DNA of 64,000 bases from Utricularia gibba (lineage: Eukaryota; Plantae; Magnoliophyta): contig NEEC01000004.1 in NCBI GenBank assembly GCA_002189035.1, positions 1,178,001 through 1,242,000 on the forward strand, read 5' to 3'. Every line of letters starts with the position of its first letter. The first letter of the stretch is position 1. This document shows positions 39,371-50,235 of this stretch, one piece after another. The notes under the pieces are model-generated. The model made no database searches, had not been told where the DNA came from, and saw nothing but the letters and a program-made list of their open reading frames with translations. A program made the translations under genes and the position numbers.

Positions 39371-40063
39371 TTAAACATACTTGCGGAGGAAGGTGCGCAC
39401 AGGCCCCGTGAATCCGCTGCTCTGCTGATTCTTCGCCTCCTTTTGCTCCATGAATTGGTTCCGGATTTTCCTGATGGTTTCCAGTCGCTTTTTCACAAGG
39501 ATCCAATCGTAGTTGTATCTCCGATTGAAGAACATTTTATTCGTCGGAGCATCCTGGCTAATCCCCTGGTGGTGGACATGACTCAAAGGCACTGGCTTCC
39601 CGATGTCATCGCTGTTGTCGTTCGACGCAATCAGCATGTCGTTACCATATGAGACCTCCACATCTCTCCTAACCGGAAGAGGGTGATTGTTCTGAGGAAA
39701 TCGGCGATTGATCGGGCGAAAAGTAGCGGTGGAGAGACGAGACGCGGGTTGTGAATCAGATTCCTCGTTGACTGGACGTAGAGTGGCTCTAGTCCGCGCG
39801 GTTTCGTATTCCGAATCAGATTCGATGTTCATCGGACGGAAGGTGACCCTGGTGTAAGGAACAATAGATTTCGAATCGAGTTCCGTTTTCACCGGTAGGA
39901 AAGAGGCTGTAAATATGGAGTCGGTGAATTTCGTTTCAGATTCTTCCTTCTTCTCCGGAATAGAGAGGCGGTTGAATTCATCACCGAAGAGTCGGAAAGC
40001 ATCGGAGGCGGAGGCGGCAATCAAGCAGAAGACAGCGATTAGGGCAACGCGAAATTTCCCCAT
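39371..40063 (-). CDS. Uncharacterised secreted protein, 230 aa, with three T[F/L]RPxN repeats
   Basis: Intronless ORF from ATG 40063; signal-peptide-like MGKFRVALIAVFCLIAASASDA; repeats VTFRPMNIESDS, ATLRPVNEESDS, ATFRPINRRF; basic amphipathic C-terminus. Confidence 0.75.
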   Translation of the reverse strand: MGKFRVALIAVFCLIAASASDAFRLFGDEFNRLSIPEKKEESETKFTDSIFTASFLPVKTELDSKSIVPYTRVTFRPMNIESDSEYETARTRATLRPVNEESDSQPASRLSTATFRPINRRFPQNNHPLPVRRDVEVSYGNDMLIASNDNSDDIGKPVPLSHVHHQGISQDAPTNKMFFNRRYNYDWILVKKRLETIRKIRNQFMEQKEAKNQQSSGFTGPVRTFLRKYV

Positions 40064-40583
40064 GGCAGGAGCTTCTCGAGTTTCCTTGAAAATCAAAATA
40101 CTTCACTTCCTCATAAATACAAAATAAAAAGAATATCGGGTATGATACGGGATCTTGATCGTACACGTGGCTGAATTTTGTCCGTTGAAGCCAAACAATA
40201 AAACCCCATTCATAACTAAAAAGCAATTGCCCCCACATTGGGGCTGAGGATATATAAAAACCGTCGATGTGACCGGGAAGTGATTCCCGGGAAATTGGTC
40301 CCGGCGGACGTTGATTCAACTGTGGGAATTGACGATCACGATGGTGGCGCATCACCAAGAACAGGTTCAAGTTTCTCCATCTCTTCCTGTTTTTGTTTCG
40401 GCTAACTTGTCTGAATCGCCAATGGAATCTCAATTCGAGTTTTGTAGTGTTCTCTTCGGATTCTTGATATAGATTCCTTTGACCCTACAATCCTACAAAT
40501 TTGATGGCTAAGGCCAAGCATAGCAATTTGACAAGCGCATCATGCAGAGACGCCATTGTGTGCATCCTAGCTAATTTGATGAA

Positions 40584-41866
40584 CTATTGTGGAAATCCCA
40601 TGATGTCAAATAGGAAGTTTGGATCTACGGGCAGATCATAAATTGGGAATATCACGCCTTCCGTCGTGGTTGATCCATGAAGTGTGGTTGCATTAGGAAC
40701 TTCACCATGGATACTCCTCATCTGATGAAATGCCTCACTGTCTGGTGTAACTGGAGAATCAAACGCTTGAGATGAGCATGAATTCACTCCACTGTCATCA
40801 TCAAGAGCAGGAATTATTGGAGATAGAAATGAGTCGTGAGCAGCCATTTCCGTGGTACTCAATATCTTCGTGTCAAATCTGAGACTAGCTTTCATATTGA
40901 GAAGCTTATCATTGGGTGGTAGTGCTTGGTAATTGTGGGAGCTGTTTCTGTCTGGTTGTAATCCTTGCAGTGACTCTGGTTTTGGATCTGAAATGTGGTC
41001 CTGGTTACATGTGTGAACCCCGTTGTATGTGACCTCAAAGACATCTGGATCATCATCTGATCTTTGCACTTGCTTCATTGCCCCGCAGTTGTGCATAAGG
41101 CGATATGTACATCTGTAGTAGCTCCTATTGATGCATATAAATTAGTGAGTTTCTCTCAGACCATAAAAATTAGCCAACCGCTAGATCTAGCAAGTACTTG
41201 GGGTTGTGAATCTTAATGACTTATTTTGTAGAAGTGGAGATAGAATTTGTTTATCATTAGCTCCTAAGGTGCGTATATTCCGCGACTGGGGCAGAGGTGA
41301 AGCAAGCACACCTTAAAAATTCAAACTTTAGTGTAGAAAGGGGTAAAGAAGTAACCTTGGGTATTTTGCTCCCAATATGTCCTTCTGGCCATACTTCTTC
41401 CAACTGTAGCCATCCTCTGATGGCCCTTCGAGCCCGTTTTTAGAGTTCACTCGCACCAGTTCTTTCCGCGTGCAAATGAGCTTCCTATAATTTCATTGTT
41501 CTAGTCAATGAAACATCAAAGTAAGGAACTGAAAGAAAGGGGAGGAAGGGGTGGGGTTATCTACCTCTTTTTTGATGCATCTCGATGTTTAACTGTGTTG
41601 CTGCTGTCGTAACTTCTTGGAACTTCATTCGCAGATACAGGAGAATCCATGCTCGCATTCTGGACTGTACCTATCTGAGCTCTGGAGTTGAGAATCCCCA
41701 AGGCGTTTTCAAAACATGATATGATCCTATGCAGCAGAAAGGCATCTAATCCACATGGATACATGGAAGACAGATTTTGCTGAAGCTGCTGAGCTTTCTC
41801 CATTCCTTCAGATAGCTCGAAAACAAGTTTCTTATGCTTGAAGATCCAATCAGTCTCCATAACCAT
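40584..41866 (-). CDS. Group III WRKY transcription factor (WRKY41/53-like)
   Basis: Three exons; EDGYSWRKYGQKDILGAKYPR, then SYYRCTYRLMHNCGAMKQVQRSDDDPDVFEVTYNGVHTC (C2HC finger); N-terminal LVFELSEGMEKAQQL. Confidence 0.95.
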
Positions 41867-42050
41867 CAGCCTCTTGAGATGGGATTCAGTGGGCTAAGAA
41901 ACTGAAGAACCAGAAGGTATGGTTTCGTTGATGCTCCCTGCTTTGAGTGGAAAAGGAATGGATATATAAAATGAATGAGATTAGCTCAGGAAGATACTAC
42001 TGAGCTTCCTCAATCATAGAATGGGAGTTATGAGTAGAAAAGTAAAACCT

Positions 42051-42549
42051 TTGACTGAGAAAACGAGTTTCCTTCCATCAGGTATACCCAATGGAGATAT
42101 TTGACTGGTTCAACCATCCTATAGCCCCACTTTTATGCCCTCAATCCCCATCATCGTCTAGTTTCATCATCAGAACCCAGAAGGAGCTCTGAACTCAGTT
42201 GCCTATGTTCCTTCCTAATGCAATTTGTTCCAGTTTTGAGCATCGAAAATTAGATCTTCGAATCGATGCGTCGCTTTAAAACATGGTCTGTTTTTATTCT
42301 TGTCTTTTAGAACGCAGGTATGAAATCCAAGAAGTATGCAAATGACTCTTGACTTGGGGAGAAAAAGAAAGTGAGTGATGGTGGAAGAGCAGCCTCTGGA
42401 AGGAGTGGACGGTTGGTGTTAGAAAAAGAAAATCCCCAAAAAATAAGAATATAGTCATCAGGCCTTGAAAAGTAAATATTAAAGAACAAAGGAAACGACA
42501 CGGTATTTCATTTCCTGTCCCGCTCGAGTCTTCCCTCCACCAAAGTCAA
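42051..42549. promoter_or_regulatory. W-box cluster upstream of the WRKY gene
   Basis: TTGACT at 42051, 42101 and 42349, AGTCAA at 42544; TATA-like element near 41962-41967. Confidence 0.55.
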
Positions 42550-43140
42550 CAAAGCAGTTTGATGGAGAATTTAAACAACCTCATTACAAAATGTGACTTA
42601 TTTGAGTGTTAAACCAAAAGTGGTTCACGACGTTATGAAGACTCATTTTTTAAAAATTTTAAAATTTTTTTTAGATCTTCAATATACTTTATACTGTTTT
42701 GATGATTTGAAGTTTTTTTTTTTAATTTTAAAATATAAATATTAAATTTTTTATACTGACTTAAAATTAAGATATTTTTTCTTATAATTTATATATGTAA
42801 AAATTACTGGTAAATTATTCATGTTCTTAAATATGTATATATTAAAATTACATTTATATAATAAACGTGTTATCTAATATATATATATATATGATTTGTG
42901 AAACATTAATATAATATATTAATTATTATTGGGTGAGTTTTGTTAATCAAACTAGTTTTAATAATATATTTTAAGTAAATTAATTAAAAAATAATAAAAT
43001 TTTGTTTATTTAAAAATAAATAATTTAAATGTATCAACAACTCTAATAATGTATTTCTGATTTTTTGTTGGCTGGATAACTTTCCCAATTTGAAGCCCTA
43101 AATTACAGTGGGATTTTTTTTTTTTTTTTTCTGACGGTGC

Positions 43141-44962
43141 TCAGCCAACGACGTCGCTACTGAATATCTTGAACTTATCGGCATCCAGCACCAGCTGCCT
43201 CACGGAGGAGAAGGCACCGAGGATCCCAACGCACGAGAAGACGACGATGATGACGCTGTTGATCCCATAAGCCAACGACCGCTTAGCTGGTTTGTGTGTC
43301 ATGTTGTACAGAAGCATCGGGAGAATGAAATCCAGGGGGATGAATCCGATGGCGCCGACGACGCTCGTTATGTCGCCGAAGAACGGGAGCATAGCAGCAA
43401 TGAATCCACAGAAGACGATGTAAAGTGACCGGAGGATGATGCGGGGGATCAAGTTCCTTTTAGAGAACACGCTCTGTTTCACGTCTGCGGACTTCTTTTC
43501 CATCACTTCGTATGCAACTTGAGAATACACCTGAAGACCAAGAGGAGATTATGTTGAGGGGGATGAATCACTCTGCAGAGTGAAGCTTCAGGGGTGAAGC
43601 TTACAAGGCCGATGGCGAGGAGTTGAAGAAGAATGAATACAACTGCGGCTCCGAGGATGGGCACCGGTGCCAATGGAGGCCTTTGATCAGGGAGCAAGCT
43701 TTTGAGTATGTTGGAATTTGACTGGTTCCCGAATACCAAATACCCTGAGACTGCAGTGGAGTAGAAGGTCACAAGTATTACTGTGTAGCACATGATTAGG
43801 CCTTTCACCATCTTCCCTGTAGCGGGTGGAGCAAGTGTTGCCTGCAAAATCAGAAGCTCCAATGAGGCAACTTACTCTGAAACGCATGGCTTGGAGACCA
43901 TCAGTTAGAATGGTACTTGTATTTCAGGTAGAATGCCATTCCCAAAAATGGCAGCTATGATGGAGATCGAGGAGAACGCGTTGAAAACTCGAACTGATCC
44001 AGAGGATGCCAAGGCATAGTGTCTTGGAGGTGCATCTTTTGATGAAGCTGCGTTGTGTTTCAACAAGATGATAAGAACCATGTTGGTTAGAAGCAGAAGG
44101 TTTAGAAGAATGAGGAGTAAAGTTGGAGTCTCGTTTCACCTGCAAGAACACAAGCTGAAACAACAAGAAAACAGTATCCCAAACTCAGGATCAGAGACGC
44201 AAGATTGATGTATCGAAGCGAATGGAAGCTGGGAAGTTGAGATAGAAGGATCATGATTGCAGTCACCATTGCAATGAAGTCGTAGAGTTTTAAGGGTCCG
44301 TCTGGAGAAAGATTTGAATACATAATCTACAGAGAAATCAAAAGAGAAATATGATTAGTAAGTTAGCACAGAAGGCGAATCAGTCAACTGCTCTCTAGTT
44401 TCTTCACTGATACAGAACCTGGAGGCATTCTCCAGCAAGAAGAAGAGCTCCAATGGTGATCCCTGTGTTGATCGCCATTTGAAGGGATATCACAAAATAG
44501 AACATCCATCCAGATCCTGTGATCACGGAACTCAATATCAGAAACAAAGGATACCCCACCCATAAACAAAGTTTCAGGGTGGATGTCAACGCTACCCAGT
44601 ACATCTGCGGCGAGTTCCCGGAAGCGGATGTGTCTTCGGCCGGCTTTTTCACAGTGATCAAGAACCAGAGACATGAGGAAATAGGAATAGAAAGTGACGG
44701 CACCCATAACCGTCAAACACAACAGCCCCATTCCCCATCCCAGTCCCCGGAAAGCATACGGCAGCGTCAGAAAACTGGGACCCACAATCGCCGTCGTGAG
44801 ATGGAATCCGGCGTGCCACCATGTTCCTGTTTACACCCATGGAAGTATCGAAGTAAAAGATCGCCTTTTTTTTTAATAGAAAGCTGAAAAAAACTCTGTT
44901 TCACCTTTCGACTCCAATACGAAGGCTGCACCGGCGTCTTCTTCACGGCTGAAATCTCCCAT
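43141..44962 (-). CDS. AAAP amino acid permease, probable GABA transporter (GAT-like)
   Basis: [123 protein letters not shown]. Confidence 0.93.
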
Positions 44963-45299
44963 TGAAGATCCGATCTTTTCAATTTGATCCCCTCAAAGCG
45001 TTTGGATTACAGAATCCAAACGATTTGGAAGAGCACCAGGGGAGACGCGAATATAAACACTACACCTGTAATAAGATTCGCGTTTCTGTTATAATGCTTT
45101 TCCAGGATTGCTTGTGTGCCTGGGAAAAAACGGATAACAGTGGATGATGGGGAAACAGGAAGGTTGACTATTGAACCACCGAAGCCGTGATTTTACAATA
45201 TGACCTTATCAAAGTTTGACTACTAGGCGGCACCGTTAAGGAAAGTTACTAGAGTGATGATCATGAAAAGCTACTTCAATTTTTCCCAACTCTGATCCT

Positions 45300-46363
45300 G
45301 TGCTACTCCAAGCTGCTTCCTCTGGTTTAGTTCTGTTGTATCCTTCCATTGCCTTCTTGTATTCTTGCTGTGCTTTAGTAGCTTTCTCATTCCAGATATT
45401 CCTCTTTGTCAGTTCCTACAAGCATTTAAAAAGGTTATTTGAATGCAATGTATCCAAGTTTTATGTAGTACCACATACCTTCCAATAGACTCTTCCTTGT
45501 CTTCCGATTCGCAGCTTCTTCTTCCATTTTCTGCTTGTAAACTTCCATCTCTTTTGTCTATTGCTCCTTTTGTTTCTGACGCCATCCAAAATCAGCCTCA
45601 AGCCATTCTCTGCAGCAAGAGCAAATCAGATTTCATTGGAGAAAATGAGATAAGCTAACATGTGTTGCTTCGGCTCCAGTGGATCTTTCTCCTTCCTGCA
45701 GCAAGTAACCATACACAGTAATGAGCCTTAAAATCAAACCAGAAGTAAGTAAAAGTTAAGACTACATGTATAGTAAGAAATATACTTGGTTTTTGGGCTC
45801 CTCCTTGATCTGCTGTTGGAACTGGAGATATTGTTCGAGCAACTCCATGGCGGTTTCCTGCTTATGCCCCTCCTTCAACAGCTTCATCGTTTCGGGATTG
45901 CCGATGACGTTCAAAAACGCCTCCTTCTCTGCTATTTCTCTTCACAAGGCCTTCGCTCTTCTGAGGTGACTGTCCATTTTGCACTTAAAAGATTGACATT
46001 TCCTTAAAATCAGCATCTCGGTTGCTTTTCTTAACCTGCTCAGATGCAGGTAAGAGATATGAGAAACCAAAGCAGAAGAGAGATTCCTCAAACTATAATG
46101 TAAAAGAGAGTTTTTTGCACTTCATTCCAATTGTCCTCCCAACTCTACTTTTTGTCCTGTGGCACTCCATGCGGGAAAGTCTATTGAAGCAATAAGGATT
46201 CAACAGATCAGGATTGCCTTCCTAGACGACACTTGCTCATATAGTGTTCTGTCCCCATTTTCATTCTGAGATGCTTTTTTCTGGGTCAGAGCTTTTCGTG
46301 ATCTCCCCTTCCTTTTCGCCTCCGGCTAATCGACATTGAGATCTCCCCCGCAGCAGTACCCAT
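45300..46363 (-). pseudogene. Decayed 3xHMG-box (HMGB6/13-like) copy
   Basis: Fragments PEAKRKGRSRKALTQKKASQNE, EDNWNEVQK, VKKSNRDADFKEMS, EKEAFLNVIG...MKLLKEGHKQETAMELLEQYLQFQQ, RKEKDPLEPK, NEKATKAQQEYKKAMEGYN are separated by many stops, frameshifts and deletions. Confidence 0.85.
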
Positions 46364-46638
46364 AGCAGCACAAGGAGAAAGAAAATGGAGACTCAACTGG
46401 TGAAATCGAGCTCATATATATTATAAATGCAGATGCCCAACAGTGAAAAAGGTTCAATATTTGGAACTCGGAAATGACCGTTGGGGATTTGTACTTCACC
46501 ATGTTTAATAATTCCGGAATTTATTAAAATAATGGACTTTCGTGTTTGCGTGTGGGCCCGGTAAAAAATGCATACGGACTACGAAGTTTCATAAGAACAT
46601 ACGGCATGTATTTACACAAGACAATGAAGCTTCTTTCT

Positions 46639-47240
46639 TCACTTGTTTCCGGCATCAAGCTGCCTGTAAATATCGGAGAGTCTTCTGAATTTTTGTGCAT
46701 CATCACAGTCACAGTCATCTTCAGGGTTCCTCTTGGTGGTTTTCTGCATTTGAAAAGAACAAACAGATCATAAAAACCAAGGACCAGTAAAGCATCCAGA
46801 TCTAGGGTGCTGGAAAACAGGAAAGAAACCATTTTCTGCATCTTCTTGATTTCGTTCCTGAGTTTATTTTGCTCGAGATCCCGCAATTGGAACTCTTCCT
46901 CCTTCTGCTTCAGCAGTTGCTCTTTCTCTTTCAGATTTGCTTCTGCTTGTTCTTTCTCCAGCTTCAGTTTTTCAAGTTGTTCTTGCATTTCCTTCAACTC
47001 TTTCTCGAATGAAGACGGGTGTTTCGCTGCTGCCTTCGTGGGCCCTTTCTTGGTTTTCTTCTGGGACATGGGTTCTGAATTTGGGTTCTCTTTGCCGACG
47101 GAGCCCTTCCGCGGAGCCGCCACAACATTCGCTTCGTTCTGCGATGTGGTTTTAAGGGAAGTCAGAGCTTTCCTTGATTGCCCCTTTTTCTTCACCTCAG
47201 GCTTATTAACGATGATCAGCTCGTCGGCGATGGCAGCCAT
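46639..47240 (-). CDS. 3xHMG-box N-terminal basic/coiled-coil exon joined to a non-HMG terminal exon (predicted 171 aa, no HMG box)
   Basis: Exon 1 47240..46830 is open (KKKGQSRKALTSLK...FEKELKEMQEQLEKLKLEKEQAEANLKEKE...EIKKMQKM) with a GT donor. AG acceptor at 46745-46744; exon 46743..46639 reads KTTKRNPEDDCDCDDAQKFRRLSDIYRQLDAGNK-stop. Confidence 0.6.
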
Positions 47241-47706
47241 TTTATCAGACAACACAAAGAGGGAAGAACGATGTACAAACTCCAGAGAGGTGGGGAAGCA
47301 GTGAGATCTAACCCGTATAAATAAGAGCTAATGGGGTGTCCAACGGTCAAAAAGATTTGAAAGTTTGAAACTTGGAAATGACCGTTTCATTTCACGTAAT
47401 TGAAAACCATTAACCTCTACTTCCCAAGAAGAATAACATCTCAGAATCACCAGTTTGATCAAGAGAAATTGGCATGTTTTGCAAGAATACGAATGAAAAA
47501 TCGAGTCTTTGCAAGTTAATAGCACACAATCAAACAAAACTAATAACACAGTACACGAAGGAGAAATGAACCTTTGGATACAGATGGAGGACTAACTTCT
47601 GTTCCTAGAGAAATGCTGCTGCTCAGCGCAGGTCTTCCCTTTCAGAATTGAATCTACTCTGATATTTCACACGAGCTGAATCAAGTTCAGTGCATAGTTA
47701 CTTTCC

Positions 47707-49579
47707 TCACCGATCCAGCACCATTTCAAACAAAACTTGGTTCCAATGATCTATAGGACCCGGCAGGCACCAGTGAAGGCAGTCGTTTATTACTGTAGCG
47801 GACTTGTTCTTTGCAAATGGCTGAAAGAATCTGTAGGCGCCCGGGTGTCCATCCGGCCTCGACAGAGCGAGCGCAGTCATGTCAAAAAGCCGGAAATCTA
47901 CACCATTTTCAGAAGCCAAACGAGATGCATTCCAGAACTCCTCAAGGCCAACATCATGCATAATTCTGTTCAACTCCTCCAACTGTAATTCACCTTGCTT
48001 TGCAGGCTGCGTTTTATGGCAAGCTCCACCAGCACTCCAATCCCCACCTTCAAAGTGATCCGGGGTGGGAGGTCTGTAAAAGATGACGCCTTTGTGATTT
48101 GATTCAGCGATGAATTTGAAGGCCCGCCGGATGACCTTATGCATAGCAAACTCAAATCCGAGCTCGGTGAGGTTCCTTTTGGGGCAGTAATGGCACCCCA
48201 ACACAGTGTTATTTTCATAGTAGATTGCGGTCTTGACGAACCATTTTCCAGCCGCTATGATCATATAATCGAACCCTTTGTATGGCTCAATCCAGTTATC
48301 ATCTAGAATATCAAGATGCAGCTCGATTTCAGATGTTGAAACGCCGTTCGTATCTTCAAAAATAGAGGCTTTAGCCAGAAAAGGACTCCAAACTATTGAA
48401 AAGGTGATATTGTAACCAGGAAACGTCCATGCCATGGATTTGTACTCTTTATCATGGAAAACTTGAACTGGCTGCTCAACCTGAATCGTACAACAAATGT
48501 TAACGAGGATCCCCCAAAATCCAGCCAACTATAAACCAAACCACAGACAGGCCAAAATGTATCTTTAAGTCGACACACGCAGATTTTGATAGAATTCTTC
48601 TTCGAGCTCGAAAAGAAAAATCACAACAGCAGCATGAACATACAAGATTATGAGACAGCAAAGAATTATAATCACATAATGTACATCAAGCTCATCTCAT
48701 ATTAAAGTATATTAACAGGGGATGCTATAAAATGCATGCAATTAAAGAGGGCTGAACTTGAAATGGGCCATGTTCATCAACAGGCATTACAACACAAGCA
48801 CCAATTCTGAAGACGGTCATAGCATTAGGGGCATGTAGCTGAAAATCCTAACTATGAGGGTCCTCTAAGTCAACAAATGAGAAGATTTCATGTTGCGGAA
48901 ACAAGATTTTGAAGCAGAAGCAAAATTTACCGATGACAGTATGCAAAGCAAGGATTGGATATGGTTCCTTGATATGGAATCTCCAATGAAAGCCCAAGAT
49001 TTGTTCCTCATCTTCTCCAAAAACCTCTTAGGATCAAGTGGATGCAATTCACAACCATGAGGCTTCCATTTCCAGTACAAATAGCCAGTGTCTGGCCTAC
49101 CATTCTTCATACAATTCTGATGACCTTCAATGAATACGCAACTCTCATTTGTATAAAAAGGGCCACTACTCTCTGGAGTCCAATCTCCATCGAGGAGATC
49201 GCAAATCCCTTGAGTTTTCTCATTTTCTGCAACGATTGAAGGATCTCAATAAACCCACTATCACCTTAAAAGGAAATTTAACTATAAAATTGACTCAGTA
49301 CTCGAAGATCGCTACTTTTCTCAAAACCCAGCTTAACAAATGCAGTAAAGCAGCAATCTAACCTTTTTTTCCTCGAGAATCCTCCAAAGGAGAGAAATTT
49401 TGAACGTCTTCGGATAAAGGGCCAGAGGGTAACGAAGAGAAATCGGAGGAATTGCTGAAGAGAAGCCGAGCAGCGAGGCCCAGTGCAAGAACACAGACAC
49501 CCAACTTAATAACCAAGTAACTGTTCATGCGAAGAAATCTCGGCCGAAAAATCGAATCGGAGAACATTTTCTTCACCAT
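47707..49579 (-). CDS. TBL: Trichome birefringence-like O-acetyltransferase (TBL23-26 / AXY4-related clade)
   Basis: N-terminal TM; CMKNGRPDTGYLYWKWKPHGC; WAFIGDSISRNHIQSLLC (GDS motif); RPDGHPGAY; DCLHWCLPGPIDHWN (DxxH motif). Confidence 0.95.
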
Positions 49580-50235
49580 TGTTAGGAGATCCAGAGGACC
49601 ACGATCGATATTTGATAAAAGAATGCCATTACCTTTGTCTATACGAATCGTCCAGACTTCCAGCAGCCATACTCCATATTCTCTGACAGCGGGCCAGCGT
49701 CTTCAAAGATTGACTTGATCCCCAGTCTTGCTATTTCCTTCACCTCCGTCAGCTGTCCCAAAAGCCCATGTCACATATTCGCATTTACTCATTTTATTGG
49801 TCATCACCCTCGATCATTCTTTTTTCCAATGGCAATCATCAACCTCAATCATGATTTCTCGTATGTGAAAAAAAAAAAAGAAAAACCAATCATGAGCCCA
49901 TGACGATTAAATGCCCCATCTTCAGCTAAAAAGTACTACATTGAAAGGCCAACTGCCATCGCCACTTCAGCCAATTCATTTGTGAAGCCGCCATTGGTGA
50001 AACTTCGAAAAAACAGACAAGATTGTAATAAAAAGAGAATGCTGGTTACTGTCCAATGTGAAAAATGAAAAAGATTACTTATTTCACATACCAGCATCCT
50101 CAACTAATGGTCATCAATCTCAATCATGATTTAATCTTTTTTTAATGATGATAACGACGTGTAAATAGCTTGTTAGAATAATCAACTTCCAATAATTTAC
50201 TAGACTTGCTGTATAGGCTGCAATGTATGGTGTTT

